DNA of 62,858 bases, filler included, from Vannella sp. (GCA_023345925.1; 8 parts of 8 records of this genome joined end to end with filler, not necessarily neighbours in it); one strand, 5' to 3'; positions 46,323 through 59,553 are shown, counted from the whole stretch's first letter. The notes: a model not told the origin generated them from the letters alone. Made by a program: numbers and translations.

Positions 46323-49112
46323 ATGGACTTCCAAGAGGAGCTGTTTCGGCGCAACTTGGAACGGGCAACAGAGCGAGTGCGGCGAATCTTGGACAACGCT
46401 CGGGCACCAGTGGTAGCTGAAGATGTCCCTCACTCGTATGGCGACAAGTTCCGCTTGGCGGAGTTCTTGACGAACGTTTCCGTCGCTGCGTTGCTTCAGG
46501 CTCTCGTACCGTTAGGTTTGGATGCTAAGAAGGTACTCCCTTTACACAAATGGGCCCATTCTGGCCTTCCTGTCACTCTCCGTCTGGTCAGTGAAGAGAC
46601 CTGCTCCTTCCTCCGCTCAGAAGAGAGGGAAGTGGAGGACCCTACTAAGAAGGTGACCAAGATAGCGGGTATCAAGATCAGTAGCAAGTCCGTCACGAAG
46701 GTAACAGACTACTTCTGGGACTTGGTCGTTTCCTATCGCTTTGTGCTCTTTGCTGGAGCCGCCCCTGATGTTGAGAGCTCTTCTCCTATGCAGATTGAGT
46801 TAGGATCTGCTAAACGCCACACGGAACTCGTGACTTCCTCTGACAACACACCCAAGCCAGCGTCACTCTCACTTTCTCCCTTGGATGTGTCCCTCACTTG
46901 GCTTGCTCTTCAACTGAACGAAGAGTACCAGTCTGCATTCTCTATTGATCGAAAGGCGCAGTCCTGCCGGACACCCCGCCGCAACATGGAAGTGAATGCC
47001 GCTCTCCAGTTCTTCACTTCCTGGGGACATTGGTCCCAGTGCATATGCGAATACTTCTCGAACCTGCAGTACGCGATGCCTAACCATGGTCTTGATATCT
47101 CATCCTTGACGGACAAGGACATCTTCGTCCCGATTGTCCCATTCCTCGAGAACCGCCCTGATTTAGCATCTGACGGTGACGAAGATCCTGATCTCGTTCT
47201 TCCTGTTGAGGATGTGCTCTTGTTCCTTGCTGAGCAAGAGAGCGACTTACGGCGTCACGTTGAGGGCCTCAAGGGAATCTTTCCTGCTGACCGAGGTTTA
47301 CTGACCCAGGACGAAGCGATCGCTCTTTTGGCACTCTCTCACTCTACCAGACTTTGTGAGCACTATTTTGAGTCCATCCAGTACGTCGAGGAGATGATCC
47401 GCTCGCAGCTGCTGGCAGCCATTGGTAGGGAAATCAATTCGGATGACTTTGCAGAGTACATGGACTACCACGCACGCCAGCTCTTCCGCTCTGAGTATCA
47501 AATGCAAACGTTCTGCCACTCTATACGTCGTCCTTGTCACGATCCAGAAGGGCTGGTCAGCATCAATGTTCTTCAGAATGACCATTCCATCAACATTCCC
47601 ACCGTTTCTCGCCGACTGCCCTCTGGCAATCCAATTTCTGTCGCGCTCAGTAACACTACAGATGTCCGTTGTCATGGACCTCAAAGTATTCACTTGTGGT
47701 TGAACCATTCGTTCTCCAACGCATCCACACCCGATGTCCACATTATTGCGAGAGCTCGCCAATTCAGCTGCTTCATTCTGGCTATCGGAACGATTGTCTC
47801 TAAGGATCGAATGGATGCTACACACATGATTCTCATCCAGAATAAGGATGAATTCCTCATTCCCCTTCTGCTTGAGCAGCTCCCAACTGCAAAGACCTTC
47901 CGTGACATGCTCGCCTCGCTCTCCCCTGAGCAACAAGCCTTTGCCCGTGAATTCCGGAGTATGCAATTGGCAAGTACCCTCTTTGGCATGTGCATTATTC
48001 AAATCAAGCCCCAACTGGAGCGTCTTTTGAAGATCCCTCACGAAAGCCTTCTTAAGGAGATACAGCTGACACAGCATCTGATGGAGCTCTTCGTCAAGTA
48101 TCAGATTCCAAGTGACTTACTCTCTTACGATGGCCCTGAAGATGCTCCTCGTCAACAGAAGATTGCGAGGGTCAAGGAGCTTGTTGCAAAGATGTTTGAA
48201 ATGGTCAGCCGCCTTTGCGCGGACGATATCAAAGAAGCTAAGCTTGAGGCTCAACATGCCAGGGCTTCCTTCCCTTTGTTCTCAATCCGAGTGATGACAC
48301 TCACAGGTGACAAGTTAACTCTTCAGGTATCGTCGTATAATACCATTCTGGAAGTGAAGCACATGATTACCACTCAAAAGGGAATGCCTCCTGATCAGCA
48401 GCGCCTTATTTTTGCTGGTTTGCAATTGGAAGATGGTAGAACAGTTGGTGATTGTGGCATCACAGAGAACTCAATGCTCTCTCTCGTTCTTAAGTTGCGA
48501 GGTGGACATGGGGGTGGGATGGTAACCGCCGCTCCAGCTATGACATTCTCAAATAGTAGCGTTTTGAAGTCCTCACCTATTCCTGAACCTCAGCCAGCCT
48601 CTCTTGAGATTCAGAATCCACCTCCAAATGAAAGACAAGAGATGCCAATAGTGGCAGATGGTTCTCAGCTGGACTGGACTACGTTCTCCGTAGCACTGAA
48701 TCAAAGCTTTGAAACTGTTGACAGCGACAATGCACTGCATTCTGTCATTATCAGGCCTCAAAGGGAGAACTGGCAGAAAACATATCAACGCACGCTTCTC
48801 AGCGAACCAGAACAAGATACTGCGGATCCTGCCGCTGAAAAGATGAAGGCCGTCGACCTCTTGGATGCCCTTTCTCGCTCTGGCACTCTCGATATGGGAG
48901 AATGCGAATTCCATGTGGTGATGGCGACCAATCACCACTTTGACAAGTCACTGATTGAAACTGTTGTCCAAGACAACATCAATCCTGTGGACCAAGTGGA
49001 ACGCTCCTTGCTACTATGCAGTAGCACAATTCACGAGCTACCCCCGCCAGAACTCGTGCTTTCTTCACATCGCGAGCGCGTTCTTAAGTCTGAATGGCTT
49101 CATCAGTCCTAA
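46323..49112 (+). CDS. Large uncharacterised protein with an internal ubiquitin domain (48279-48506)
   Basis: Intronless [18 protein letters not shown]...[19 protein letters not shown]...LVLKLRGG. Confidence 0.85.
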   Translation: MDFQEELFRRNLERATERVRRILDNARAPVVAEDVPHSYGDKFRLAEFLTNVSVAALLQALVPLGLDAKKVLPLHKWAHSGLPVTLRLVSEETCSFLRSEEREVEDPTKKVTKIAGIKISSKSVTKVTDYFWDLVVSYRFVLFAGAAPDVESSSPMQIELGSAKRHTELVTSSDNTPKPASLSLSPLDVSLTWLALQLNEEYQSAFSIDRKAQSCRTPRRNMEVNAALQFFTSWGHWSQCICEYFSNLQYAMPNHGLDISSLTDKDIFVPIVPFLENRPDLASDGDEDPDLVLPVEDVLLFLAEQESDLRRHVEGLKGIFPADRGLLTQDEAIALLALSHSTRLCEHYFESIQYVEEMIRSQLLAAIGREINSDDFAEYMDYHARQLFRSEYQMQTFCHSIRRPCHDPEGLVSINVLQNDHSINIPTVSRRLPSGNPISVALSNTTDVRCHGPQSIHLWLNHSFSNASTPDVHIIARARQFSCFILAIGTIVSKDRMDATHMILIQNKDEFLIPLLLEQLPTAKTFRDMLASLSPEQQAFAREFRSMQLASTLFGMCIIQIKPQLERLLKIPHESLLKEIQLTQHLMELFVKYQIPSDLLSYDGPEDAPRQQKIARVKELVAKMFEMVSRLCADDIKEAKLEAQHARASFPLFSIRVMTLTGDKLTLQVSSYNTILEVKHMITTQKGMPPDQQRLIFAGLQLEDGRTVGDCGITENSMLSLVLKLRGGHGGGMVTAAPAMTFSNSSVLKSSPIPEPQPASLEIQNPPPNERQEMPIVADGSQLDWTTFSVALNQSFETVDSDNALHSVIIRPQRENWQKTYQRTLLSEPEQDTADPAAEKMKAVDLLDALSRSGTLDMGECEFHVVMATNHHFDKSLIETVVQDNINPVDQVERSLLLCSSTIHELPPPELVLSSHRERVLKSEWLHQS

Positions 49113-49166
49113 AGAGATGATTCAATCGCCCCTGATGCTTTCAGCCTCTTTTTATCATTCTTTGGG

Positions 49167-50208
49167 ATGCCCTTTGGCCACCACACGCTCCTCCTCTCCC
49201 AAGAAGGGAGCCTTTTCGCTTTTGGAGACAACAGTGAAGGCCAACTTGGTCTTGGTCACAAGAACAACCAACTTAAACCAGTGGAGATCCCCTGGAATGG
49301 CCCGCAGCTGGTTCAGGTGGACTGGGGATGGCAACACTCCCTCGTCCTTGATGCGGAGGGCAGTGTGTGGGATCTTGGCTTCTCCCAGCCCTCTTCTTGT
49401 ACCTTTCAGCGAGTGCCAGAACTACCTTGCATCGTGATGGTGGCTGCTGGCGTGAGTCACTGCGCTGCGATCGACGTGGAGGGCGGCCTTTGGGTGTGGA
49501 CGAGCAATAAGAATCTCTCTTGGGCGCGTTCTCTTCCCCAACGAGTTGAAGATCTCCCTCCCCTCCTCAAGGTGGCTTGCGGCAACAACTTTCTCGTGGC
49601 AGAGGCCGAAGGTGTTGGGTTCCAACTTTGACGGGGAACTGGGCCTCGGCCACATGGACAGCGCTTTCCAACCAACTCTTGTTCAGGTACAGGAACGTTC
49701 TGAAGGACCTCTTCGATGCCTGGCTGCCCTCTTCGATGGAGTGATCCTCATCGACTCGCAAGGAGGCGTCTTCTCCTCTGGAGAGAACTCCTTTGGCCAA
49801 CTGGGGCGCTCTTCTGGTGATCTGTCGAGGCTTCAGCGAATCATGAACATCCCTCCCATGCTTGCAGCATCCTGCGGATTCTCTCACACGCTCTCTCTGG
49901 ATGAGAACGGCGGTGTCTGGAGCTGGGGATACGGTGCATGCATGCAATTGGGGATGGGCGACAACGCCAATAGGTACCAGCCCACTCCGGTGCCATCGTT
50001 GAAAGGAATTGCCGCCCTGGTGGCGGGAAGGTACCATTCCTTGGCGTTCCCTCAGGAAGGCGGCCTGCTGGTCTTCGGATACAACTTATCTGGACAACTT
50101 GGACTCAACCACACGAACCATCAACCTATTCCCGCACTTTGTCCTTTCCAGCCTACTCTCCCTCATTCTTCCACCTCCAGCAGAAAGAAGAGTGCCCGTT
50201 TCCTTTAA
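49167..50208 (+). pseudogene. Intronless RCC1-repeat protein, paralog B, frameshifted at ~49611
   Basis: Colinear with paralog A (MPFGHHTLLL, GPQLVQVDWG, LPPLLKVACG, KKSAR); ~11 nt missing between EAE and VLGSN. Confidence 0.75.
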
Positions 50209-50300
50209 CCCACTTCCGCATGGGGACCTCTCCCCTGGATGCCGAGAGCCTTTTGGACAACACGAGTGGTGTGAATCAGTTGGCTCCGTTCTTTCAACTC

Positions 50301-50344
50301 AGAAAGAATTCACAGCTCCACTCAACCACGTCCGCTGGCCTCTG
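50301..50344 (-). repeat. Copy of the 42-bp element also found at 55718-55830
   Basis: Reverse complement CAGAGGCCAGCGGACGTGGTTGAGTGGAGCTGTGAATTCT nearly matches 55758-55797. Confidence 0.85.
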
Positions 50345-50388
50345 TTGAAAAGTGCTTCTAAATTCAACTGGGACCGATGCGAAAGATG

Positions 50389-50488
50389 NNNNNNNNNNNN
50401 NNNNNNNNNNNNNNNNNNNNNNNNNNNNNNNNTTAATTAATTAANNNNNNNNNNNNNNNNNNNNNNNNNNNNNNNNNNNNNNNNNNNN
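50389..50488. other. Artificial contig linker
   Basis: N-TTAATTAATTAA-N. Confidence 0.98.
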
Positions 50489-51597
50489 TGGATATACAAC
50501 AAACAGTTTCCTTCCACACTTGCTTCCATAGTCGTAGCATGGAAAGCGCGAGCGCGAGGCATTCTGGCTGTCTCACAGAAAGTCGGCTGAACCCAGGCAT
50601 GTTGGGAGTCTGCCCTCGTATCCAACAAATGCAGGTCATTCAGCAAGTGATGTGATGGATCCGCACCTCCAAAAACAACCAGCTTGTCACCAACACTAAC
50701 AACAGTGTGGAAGGAGCGCCCAACAGGCGCAGTTCCACGGACTTGTTGCTTCTCCCAGGTCAAGGAGGACAATTCCAAGGAGAAGCAATCGTTTGTACGG
50801 CCTCCACGGTTGTCTCTTCCTCCCATGATGTAGAGGTAGTGCTGTGCGTCTCCTTCTTCTGTGTACTGTGGTGGAGGAACTGGATGGCCTTCCGTGGTCG
50901 CCTCCTTCTTCTCCAGTTTGACTTGCTTTGGTCGTGTGATGAGCGCTAGACCAGTTGCTGCACGAGGAGTAGGCAACTCGCCTTGGCAATCAAGTCTAGA
51001 CCAGCGGTTCTTCTTAAAGTCCAGGAAGAACGCGTCATTGAACCACCCAAAAGTGGCGGTTTCTTCCTCTCCGTCGACTGCCTCCACTACTTGGGGTCCA
51101 AACCCACCAAACATAGCTAACTGACCGTCTGGTAACATGACAGAAGCCATCTTATCACGAGGGGAGGGGCAGTCGCCTGTAAACTCGATGCGAGTCCACT
51201 GGAGCGTGCTGGTGTCGAGGAGGAACCCGTCCGTCATCCATCCATAGAGAGGATCCAATCCACCGTAGACGAACAGCTGGTTAGGGGCCACTGCTGCAAA
51301 GACGAAGCCGCTGCGTGGGGAAGGAGCTGAACCTCCACATTCCACTTTCTGCCAGTCTCTGGTAGCCACGTCCAAGCTGTACAGATCGTTCATGCACATA
51401 GTAGGGAAAGGCTCCTCATCTTCGTCCATGCTTGAGGGATCCTCTGCGCAATCCTGGATCCCTCCAAAGAAGAAGATCTTTCCATCCACAAAGACTCCAC
51501 CATGTCCCTCACGCCCCGGCAGTACACTTCCAGTAGTCTTCTCCACATGCTCCCATTCCAAAGGCAGCTCACAAGTAATTGGCGACACGTTCCCCAT
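50489..51597 (-). CDS. Kelch-repeat protein (KLHDC-like), 3' truncated
   Basis: Repeated PxxR..H....L.VFGG....ND....D....W units. Confidence 0.85.
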
Positions 51598-51674
51598 CAA
51601 GAGACAAGAAAAAGTGATTTTGGCGCCAAAACTTTCCCGCCATAATTCCAAGTTCATGAATCTGCTCCACTTTA

Positions 51675-52503
51675 TCACGAATCGATCTGACATGGAGGCA
51701 CCTTGACCATCTCTTTGAGGATCTGCTCTGTAATATACGCAGTAAGGCCCCAGATGGGCCAAGGGCCTGCCGTGTAGATTTTGAGGCGCATTGGGTAAGG
51801 GGAAGGCTGGGATGGTGTGTCAGGTTGAGTGTCTTGCTTGGAAGGATCTAGTAGGTCTTCTAAGGGGACAGTGAAGATGTCTCCGACTTCATCGCTTGGA
51901 TTCATGGCTGCCACGTTCACGTTATCGATGTAGCCTACGACAGGGGTCACTTTGGACCCTCGTGTAAGTTCATAGCTACGAAGTTCATGAAGGAGTACCT
52001 GAAACTGACGAAGAAGAGAGGACCTGATGGTACAATGAGAGAGGTGTCAGTCGGTTCTCAGGGCCCTCCTGCGAGAGCAGCCCAAGCTCCTCCATGGTCT
52101 CTCTCATTGCTGTACAGAAGACGTCATCGCCGTCCTCCTCCTCCACTGTCCCTCCTGGAAAGCTGACTTGGCCAGCGTGTGCTCTCATCTTCTGATTTCT
52201 CCATCAGTGAGGGCTCGCTCGCCGCATGAGTGTGTACATACGTCCGAGCGTCTTGTAAAGAGCAGTGAAGCCCTTCCATCGACATTACACAACGGCACAA
52301 AGACCGCAGCCCTCTTCCTTTCCCCCCATCAGTCCTTCCACGCGCCCTATCACCCTTCCTCACCTCCCCACACCTTCCTTCAACCTCCTCTGTCTTAACG
52401 ACACCAAATGCACCTTCACCCGCTCCAAATACTCCGTAGAAAGCTCCAAAGGAACGGCCACACGAGCCCCCAACGAGGTCCACCTTCGAGGAGCCCAGAA
52501 CAT
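51675..52503 (-). CDS. Nudix CoA pyrophosphatase (NUDT7/NUDT8-like; multi-exon)
   Basis: AAVFVPLC...LLFTRRS; HAGQVSFPGG...TAMRETMEELGL; NPSDEVGDIFTVPL; IWGLTAYI. Confidence 0.88.
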
Positions 52504-52584
52504 TCAGAACTACTTTAATGGAGCTTTTAGCCATGAATAGAAGACTTTGGAGAGGATACGATCAGTTTCTCATTGTCTGGAGTG

Positions 52585-55245
52585 ATGGGCGACTCATCTG
52601 CGCCGCTCGAGAGAGTTCGGCGTTCTACTTCAGAACAGGTTCATATGTTAGCAAGAAGGTTGCCCAGTATGCCGTTGCCAGTGGCAGTGCCGTCCATGCG
52701 GTCACCGAGGAAGGTCATGAACTCGACAGACGTTGCGGAGAGAAGACGCCGGCGCCGTACTCAGCTGGACTCGACTAGTAGTGTACCACGTGTAGCTCCC
52801 ATTCCTGTGCATTTAATCCAAGAAGACACCGCATCATCGAGTCTCCTCTCCCCTCGGCAAATCATGTGTGTTGGCAACTACGATCTTGGCCGCACTATTG
52901 GCCGAGGGCAGTTCGGGAAGGTCAAGATAGCCACGCATGTGTTAACAGGAGAGAAGGTACGTACTTTTACGCTCCTTTTCACCGCTTCTATCAGGGAGAG
53001 AAGGACATGCTGACGAGGGAACAGGTCGCCGTTAAAATCATTCAAAAGAAGAAGCTTAAGGGAGACTCGTTAGAGCTCATTCACAAGGAAATAGACATCC
53101 TCAAGTCCCTACATCATCCAAACATCATCACTCTCTACGAGGTGCTGGAGACGGATCGAGTCGTCTTCCTTATATTAGAGCTTGCAAACGGTGGCGAGGT
53201 GCGTCTTGTGGTAGCCAAGGCGTTGTCTGACTTCTTGCTAATCATTGGAACAGGCTCTTGACTTTGTAGTTACGCATGGGAAGCTTACAGAGGAGAAAGC
53301 AAGAACCTTTCTTCGTCAAATCGCCTCTGCGGTCTCATACTGTCACCAACATCATATCGCTCACCGTGACCTTAAAGGAGAGAACCTGCTGCTTGATGAT
53401 GACCTGAACGTGAAGGTGATAGACTTTGGCTTGTCCACCCTCTTCCAACCAGGCCAGAAGCTCACGATGCACTGTGGCTCTCCTGCTTATGCAGCACCAG
53501 AGCTTCTCTTGAAAGAGCCCTACGACGGTCCACAGGTAGGGATAGCCCGTCCGGAGAACCGTTGAATCATCTCACCGGTCCCCAGATTGACATGTGGAGC
53601 ATGGGAGTGATCTTGTACGTCTTTGTCTGTGGTGTCCTACCCTTTAAGAGCGATATCATGAGGGAGCTCTACGCAAAGGTGATGTGTGGAGACTATGTTC
53701 TTCCCGACCATCTTTCAGAGGGTGCGTCCTTCTCTTGTGCTTCTGTCAAGCTCTCGGACTAACTGTTGGGAGATAGGTTGTAAAGATGTCATCCGTGCGC
53801 TGCTATGTGTGGACCCGAAGGTGCGCTTGACGATGAAGGAGCTCCTCGAACATCCTTGGGTTGTTGGGAACGACGGATGGCAACGTCCTAATGACGGAGC
53901 TTTCCCTGCTCTCACCAAGGACTCGATTGACATGCAGATCATCCATGAAATGGAGCTATTTGGGTTCAAACCTGACACGGTGATGGACTCCCTCATCAAG
54001 AACTCCTTCGACCCAGCCACAGCCACCTTCAACCTCCTCAAATCGAAGAAGGTTAAGAGCCCTCGCATACCTTCAAACAGACTGGCAATATCAGGCAGTG
54101 GACCTGTGTATTTGAAAGGAATCGTTTCGATGCCCAATTCCATGGGCAACTCTCCGATGCACTCTCAAGGGAACTCTCCGCAGTCTAAATCACCTCTGAG
54201 CTCACAAGAGATTGAAGCTCCTCCGTTGCATTATCGGGGTGTAGATTCATCAGCACCCAACTCGCGAGTGAGCCCCAGAAGGCTCGCTCCTCGTCCAACT
54301 CTTCTGAGGGTTCACTCACAAAGCATCTCCCGCAATAGGTCTGTCAGTAATACCGAGCCACGCGCAGTCAAGATGCCTTCTTTGGAAGGACAAGTTAAAA
54401 GGAAGCGAAGTACTTCTGATAATCAGGAATTGGCTCCGGATGCTCCCTCTCGCTCTCCGGAACACTCAAGGCTAAGGTTTGCCCAAAGTTCAATCCAGAA
54501 ACCAACTCCAGAAATCCACATTGAATTGCATAACGAACTAGAAAGCGCGGAAAGACTCTCAATAACTACCCCCAAAAGGAGGACCCAACCAACCTTTTCA
54601 TCTTTGGGAAGCAATGGACTTGATGAAAAGAGGAAAGCTTCTCAGGGAAGAACCATTCTTTCAACTGATTGCCTTCCTCCTCCCAATTCAATTGACGCAC
54701 CTCGTTCTCAGCCAGTTACTAAGCCAGTCTGGGACGACTTAGTTGGTTTGACAGTGCCCCCAAGGAGTCGATCACCTGTGAATTCGTCGACGTACCTTCG
54801 AAGGCAAAGTGCCACGCCGCAGCGTCTGACCAGGGAACAAAAGAACTGGAGCTCTCTGCCAGAAGAGGGAGCAACAAAATCTCAATTCTCTTCTCAAATG
54901 AAGAGTCTGACAAGGCAAATCCGCGCCAACCGTGAAGCAGAGGAACGCAGTGGCAGTGGACCTCGCTCTCTTCGATCTCCCATTTCAGCAACATCTGACA
55001 AAAACCCGGAGGACATTCTGGACCAAATCAAAGCTTACTTTACCAAGAACAACATTCCATTCGAGCCAGTCGGTCCCTACGCTCTTAAAGGGCTCCATGT
55101 GACCAAGAATGTTCGATTTGAAGTGGAGGTTTGTAACATTCCTAACCTGCAGCAAATTTACTCCATTCGAATGCAACGCATCGACGGGGACTGGGAAAGC
55201 TACAAAGACTTCTGTTCCGAATGCCTATTGGAGTTGAAGCTCTAA
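52585..55245 (+). CDS. MARK/PAR-1-like CAMK-family kinase with UBA and KA1 domains (multi-exon)
   Basis: YDLGRTIGRGQFGKVK; HRDLKGEN; CGSPAYAAPE; MELFGF (UBA); VRFEVEVC...RIDGDWESYKDFC...LKL (KA1). Confidence 0.92.
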
Positions 55246-55612
55246 CTCATGAATGGATTGTACATAGACTTGCAGAATAAACAAAACACTTTATTTACCC
55301 ACGATCACAGTTATCAGCTTGAAATGGACTCTCCCACACAATGTGGACACTTCTCTTGTGATAGAAGGTTGGCTGGATGGATCATCTAACCTTATCAATC
55401 GACCAGCTTTGGTGACAGAGCGAATGTCACTGCTTAAACAACATCATTCGCGTCTTCCGTTCCTCACAACGTGAGCAGCTCGGATCAAAGTCTTTGCTGA
55501 TCATTCAACATGGACAACCTGTGAGCTCGAACACCTCAGTCCAGGTCGGATCCAATCGAATCTGAAAGCAATCCGTTCTCATGTACTCCAAAACAGAAGG
55601 TGTGGTTGGGTT

Positions 55613-55712
55613 NNNNNNNNNNNNNNNNNNNNNNNNNNNNNNNNNNNNNNNNNNNNTTAATTAATTAANNNNNNNNNNNNNNNNNNNNNNNNNNNNNNNN
55701 NNNNNNNNNNNN
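55613..55712. other. Artificial contig linker
   Basis: N-TTAATTAATTAA-N. Confidence 0.98.
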
Positions 55713-55717
55713 CAACG

Positions 55718-55830
55718 GAGGCCAGGGGACGTGGTTGAGTGGAGCCGTGAATTCTCTCAGAGGCCAGCGGACGTGGTTGAGTGGAGCCGTGAATTCTCTC
55801 AGAATTCACCTTCCCACTTAACCACGTCCG
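55718..55830 (+). repeat. Two tandem 42-bp units plus an inverted partial unit (29-bp-arm hairpin)
   Basis: Units at 55718-55759 and 55760-55801; arms 55768-55796 and 55802-55830 are 24/29 complementary. Confidence 0.88.
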
Positions 55831-55837
55831 ATCACTA

Positions 55838-56332
55838 ATGCAACGCTACAAGAGTTCTGCTCAGATGCTTTCAATGAATGGCCCACGATACTTGAACGAG
55901 ACCTGGTCCAAGCTCCCAAAGCAAACCGACATCAGCCATTCATTTAAGGCATCTGAGAACGTGGGTCGACCTCAAACACGCTCCCAGAAGCCCTGCGACC
56001 ACCTTGGTCGGTGGTTGAAGAACGATCTCAAGGACGGATGCTTCGTACCAAAGGAAGTCCAACTGTCTACTGACCATAAACATAGAGTGAGGGGTGAGAC
56101 GTTGGCCTTACCATTTCGGCAGCTCATTGTGACGGAAATCGTTGACTCCAACGCACCTCAGCCTTGTGGAAGCTGCCATTCGCCATCAGCACCATCCTCC
56201 CACTCCAGGCCCATAACCCACTTACCCAAAGCACTGCCCTGTTACACGGCTCTCCAGGAGCAACAGGAAGCCCCACTACCGCCGCCACCAGAGCAATCAA
56301 GCACAGCCAAACCAGAGGACGTGTGCCCTTAA
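55838..56332 (+). CDS. Hypothetical ORF next to the repeat
   Basis: 164-aa ATG-initiated ORF with no recognisable motif. Confidence 0.25.
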   Translation: MQRYKSSAQMLSMNGPRYLNETWSKLPKQTDISHSFKASENVGRPQTRSQKPCDHLGRWLKNDLKDGCFVPKEVQLSTDHKHRVRGETLALPFRQLIVTEIVDSNAPQPCGSCHSPSAPSSHSRPITHLPKALPCYTALQEQQEAPLPPPPEQSSTAKPEDVCP

Positions 56333-56482
56333 CAAGCTCCCAAAAAATGACGAAAATTTCGTCCCCGCCCCCACTCACAGAGAGAAGAAGAGGTTTAGCT
56401 GGCTGATCAGGAGTTTGTACAAAAGTGGCTGTTAGGTGAGAGAAGGGCGTTGGACGGTCACGTGAGAGGGGCGTTGGCCGGG

Positions 56483-57788
56483 TCACTCGGCGGTGAGAGA
56501 AGCGGAGTTCTGGCTTCGCTCAATCTCCTCTTGAATGGCCAAATAACAGAATTCATATTGGTCTCGTGTCTGGACCATGCCAGTTCTCTCCTTGCGGAGA
56601 CGAAGAACCGTTTCGGGAAGGTTTATCGTGCAGCGGTCCATTCCCTTTTGTTTGAGCTCGCGGAGGACCGAATGCACCACACAGAATGTTCCTGTGCGCC
56701 CTATTCCTGCACTATTCCGTGCTGTGGGTAAGGTGGTATCATCAGGGTTGTAAAAGCGTACCTGCAGTGCACAACTATGGGTCCTGGCCGCTGGTGTCGG
56801 AGATCCACTTGCCGCAACATCTCTCGGAACTTGTCGGTGCAGGAAGGGAGACCGTGATCGGGCCATTCTGCGTATTGGAAGTGTGCAATCGTTCTCTCTT
56901 CACTACTCTGGATACGGGGGTGAGCGGGAGGCCCTGGAGCATCATGGAGGGACGAACTGTAAGGTCCCGCATCAGGAATGTTCGCTCCACCAGCTCTTCA
57001 TCTCCTTCTGTGGCAATCAGCTCCACAGAAAAGTTCTCGTATGTTGTTTCTAACGTTGGCCAGTACTCGTGGCACTTGTGCTGAACACTTCGAGTGAGAA
57101 GGAGCCAGAGAAAGGTTGGATGAAAAGGAGGGCAGCCTCATACCCTTCCATTCTCTCGTATGCGAGTGAGCATAACAATTGTATCACAGCTCTCTTCCCA
57201 CACCATCCTCCAGAAGTCGTTGACTGTGTGTTTGAGAGGACCTTGAGAAGCGATGTATGTACGAGAGCCGGACGGGCTCTGTGCGTGAGAAGAAGGATAC
57301 CATATACGTTAAGCTTGGTTCTAGTGCAAGGAGGGATCACTCACCCCAATATAGTTGGCGTTAATGTAGTCAGTCCCCCCGTTGATGACGCGAAGCTTGA
57401 CCCTCGTCCTCTCCGCTGCGCGATCAAGCCTCTAGTCAGATCGATGGACCACAACGCCAGTCCTCCGAAGGATAGGAGGATCTTACGTGGAAGGACGTTG
57501 GCGTAGCGGTTCTTTGATTTGTTGGACAAGTCCACAGCAGACTCGAACTCCTCTCCTAACCTAGCACGCAGACTCATGTTCTCCAGGCGCTACCCCTCAC
57601 TCAGCAAGGAAGGCCAACAACAGAGCGAAAGCGCGCACCTCAAACTCCTGGTCCAGCCCCGTGATGTCCCCCTCCTCCACCAGACCCGACAGCTTCACGA
57701 TATGCGCATGAAACTGCGCAGCAGGGACGTTCTCAAAGGGAGGAAAGTCCTCATCCGACAGCAGAAGCTCCTCGCTTGAAGAACTCAT
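56483..57788 (-). CDS. Classical protein tyrosine phosphatase (multi-exon)
   Basis: [35 protein letters not shown] (spliced); [12 protein letters not shown]. Confidence 0.93.
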
Positions 57789-57861
57789 CGAACAACGGGC
57801 AACGAGGAAGTGCGCCCAAAGCGGCCCAATTCGCTTGAAACAGAGAAAAAGCGAAAAGAAA

Positions 57862-59553
57862 TTATCGGAAGAGTATTACAGCAAAGGAAAGGGCCAAATT
57901 GGTCACGAAAAGGGCGCTTCCGCTTTGGAGGATCCTTTGGACTTGGCCGGGCGGGAATGTGGGGAAGAGAAGGGCGAAGGCGGATGTGCATGCGTATTGG
58001 CCGTCTAAGTAGAAGACAGGGGCCATGTTGAGAATGGCGAGGGCGGAGGAGACGGAGATGAGATAGAAAAGGAGATTTTCGATGTGAAAGTGAACGTTCA
58101 GGCTCTCTAGGAGCTTCCACTTGGCTACATAGTTTACCAAACGCACTGCATATGATGTCAGATATCGTGTTTTGGAGGAAGGCGCTTACTGTAGCTGTAC
58201 AGCTCTTCTGGAGTTCCGAGGAAGATGACATTCGTCCCATCTGCCTTCAGGATCCTCATGAGGACCTCCTCGTTGAATGATTGGTGAAACAGGCAATGCG
58301 AACCTTAAGAAATTAGGAGGAGCTGGCCTGACGAGGAACCTACCGGTTGGACATGCGCCGTTTGGGGAGCAGGGTTCTTGTGAGAATACCGCCCTGGCTG
58401 ACATGCAGTAGGTAGCCTTCTCAGTGGAAGCGAAACATTGAAGTTTGCTTTTGTTGTTCATTGTACAGCAGGAGGTATCGGCTCTCTCTTCTGCAATCTC
58501 TGCTGCCAAGTCAGGTACGCAATGTCCATCGAGGGGCCGCTCCTTTTCCAATAATTGGATCAAACACTCTTCCCAATCACTACTAGACCTTATAACACAC
58601 TTGTTAATTCCAGTAACAACATCACCAGGCGAAAAATAGGTCGAAACAGGAGAATTCTGTCAAAGTGACATAGTTAATAGCGGTTCACAACCGTCTTATT
58701 GCCGTCTTACCTCATCTACGTATAAAACCGAAGCGCCTTCTCCATATGAATAGAGAGGAATCATGGTTGTTGTGAGGGTAAAGGAAAGGAAAAGGGCAAC
58801 AAGAACAAGAACAAAGTTGTGCCAAGTTCCAGCACAGAATATTTTCAGCTTATTGAAGTGAGAGAGCCCCTCGAATTCATCCACAAAGTTAACAAATGCG
58901 CCAGGGAACACCAGAAAGACGAACATCCCGATGCTGCTGAACTCTCTTCCTAAACTAGGTTTTGGTGAGTGACTGAATTGCCATTGCTTGCATCGGTGGT
59001 GACTCACTTAGCAGCAGCCATAGCATGCCCAAGTTCATGAAAGATAGCAGAGATAAGTAAGGCAACAAACAGATAAGGCACTTGAGACATTGGGAGGTTC
59101 ACACCCGGAATCTTCGTCCCACTGGCATTCAGTTTCTGTGATTAGCCCTGTCTGCGAGTTCACTTACCAGAGGTGACATCAGGGGACTCTCTCCTCTCTC
59201 TAAATAGAACAGGGAGTAGGTGTTGTAGACAAGAAGAACCACAGAGGACACCATCATCACCAGTCCTGTCCAGGCTCCCGCTGCGAACCAAAGAGAGAAT
59301 AGAGAGCGCTTCAATCGACTTCCACGAACCAGCAAAACGATAGACTCGTTCCATCGCGCCGTCTGCCACCTCACTTGGCCCAGGGCAATCTCCAAGTTAT
59401 GCCGATTCATAAACTCGTAGAGCTTTTGGGGCTGTTTCGCCTGCACCCGCTTAGCCCTCTATATCCTACACCACCTCCACTCACCTCCAACACCTTAAGC
59501 AGGAGGAACATCAACAACCAAGCCACAACAACCAGAAGAAGCGCCGGGCCCAT
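57862..59553 (-). CDS. MBTPS2: Site-2 protease (M50 intramembrane metalloprotease; multi-exon)
   Basis: [43 protein letters not shown]. Confidence 0.92.

Noticed and set aside
55250..55612. Minus-strand fragment with Cys pairs and a TGA near a RING-like pattern (possible recoding)
   Set aside because: Ligand spacing and frames do not form a proper RING; TGA serves as a normal stop elsewhere in the window
55718..55830. Possible CRISPR-like array
   Set aside because: Units are contiguous with no spacers, there are no cas genes, and the context is eukaryotic
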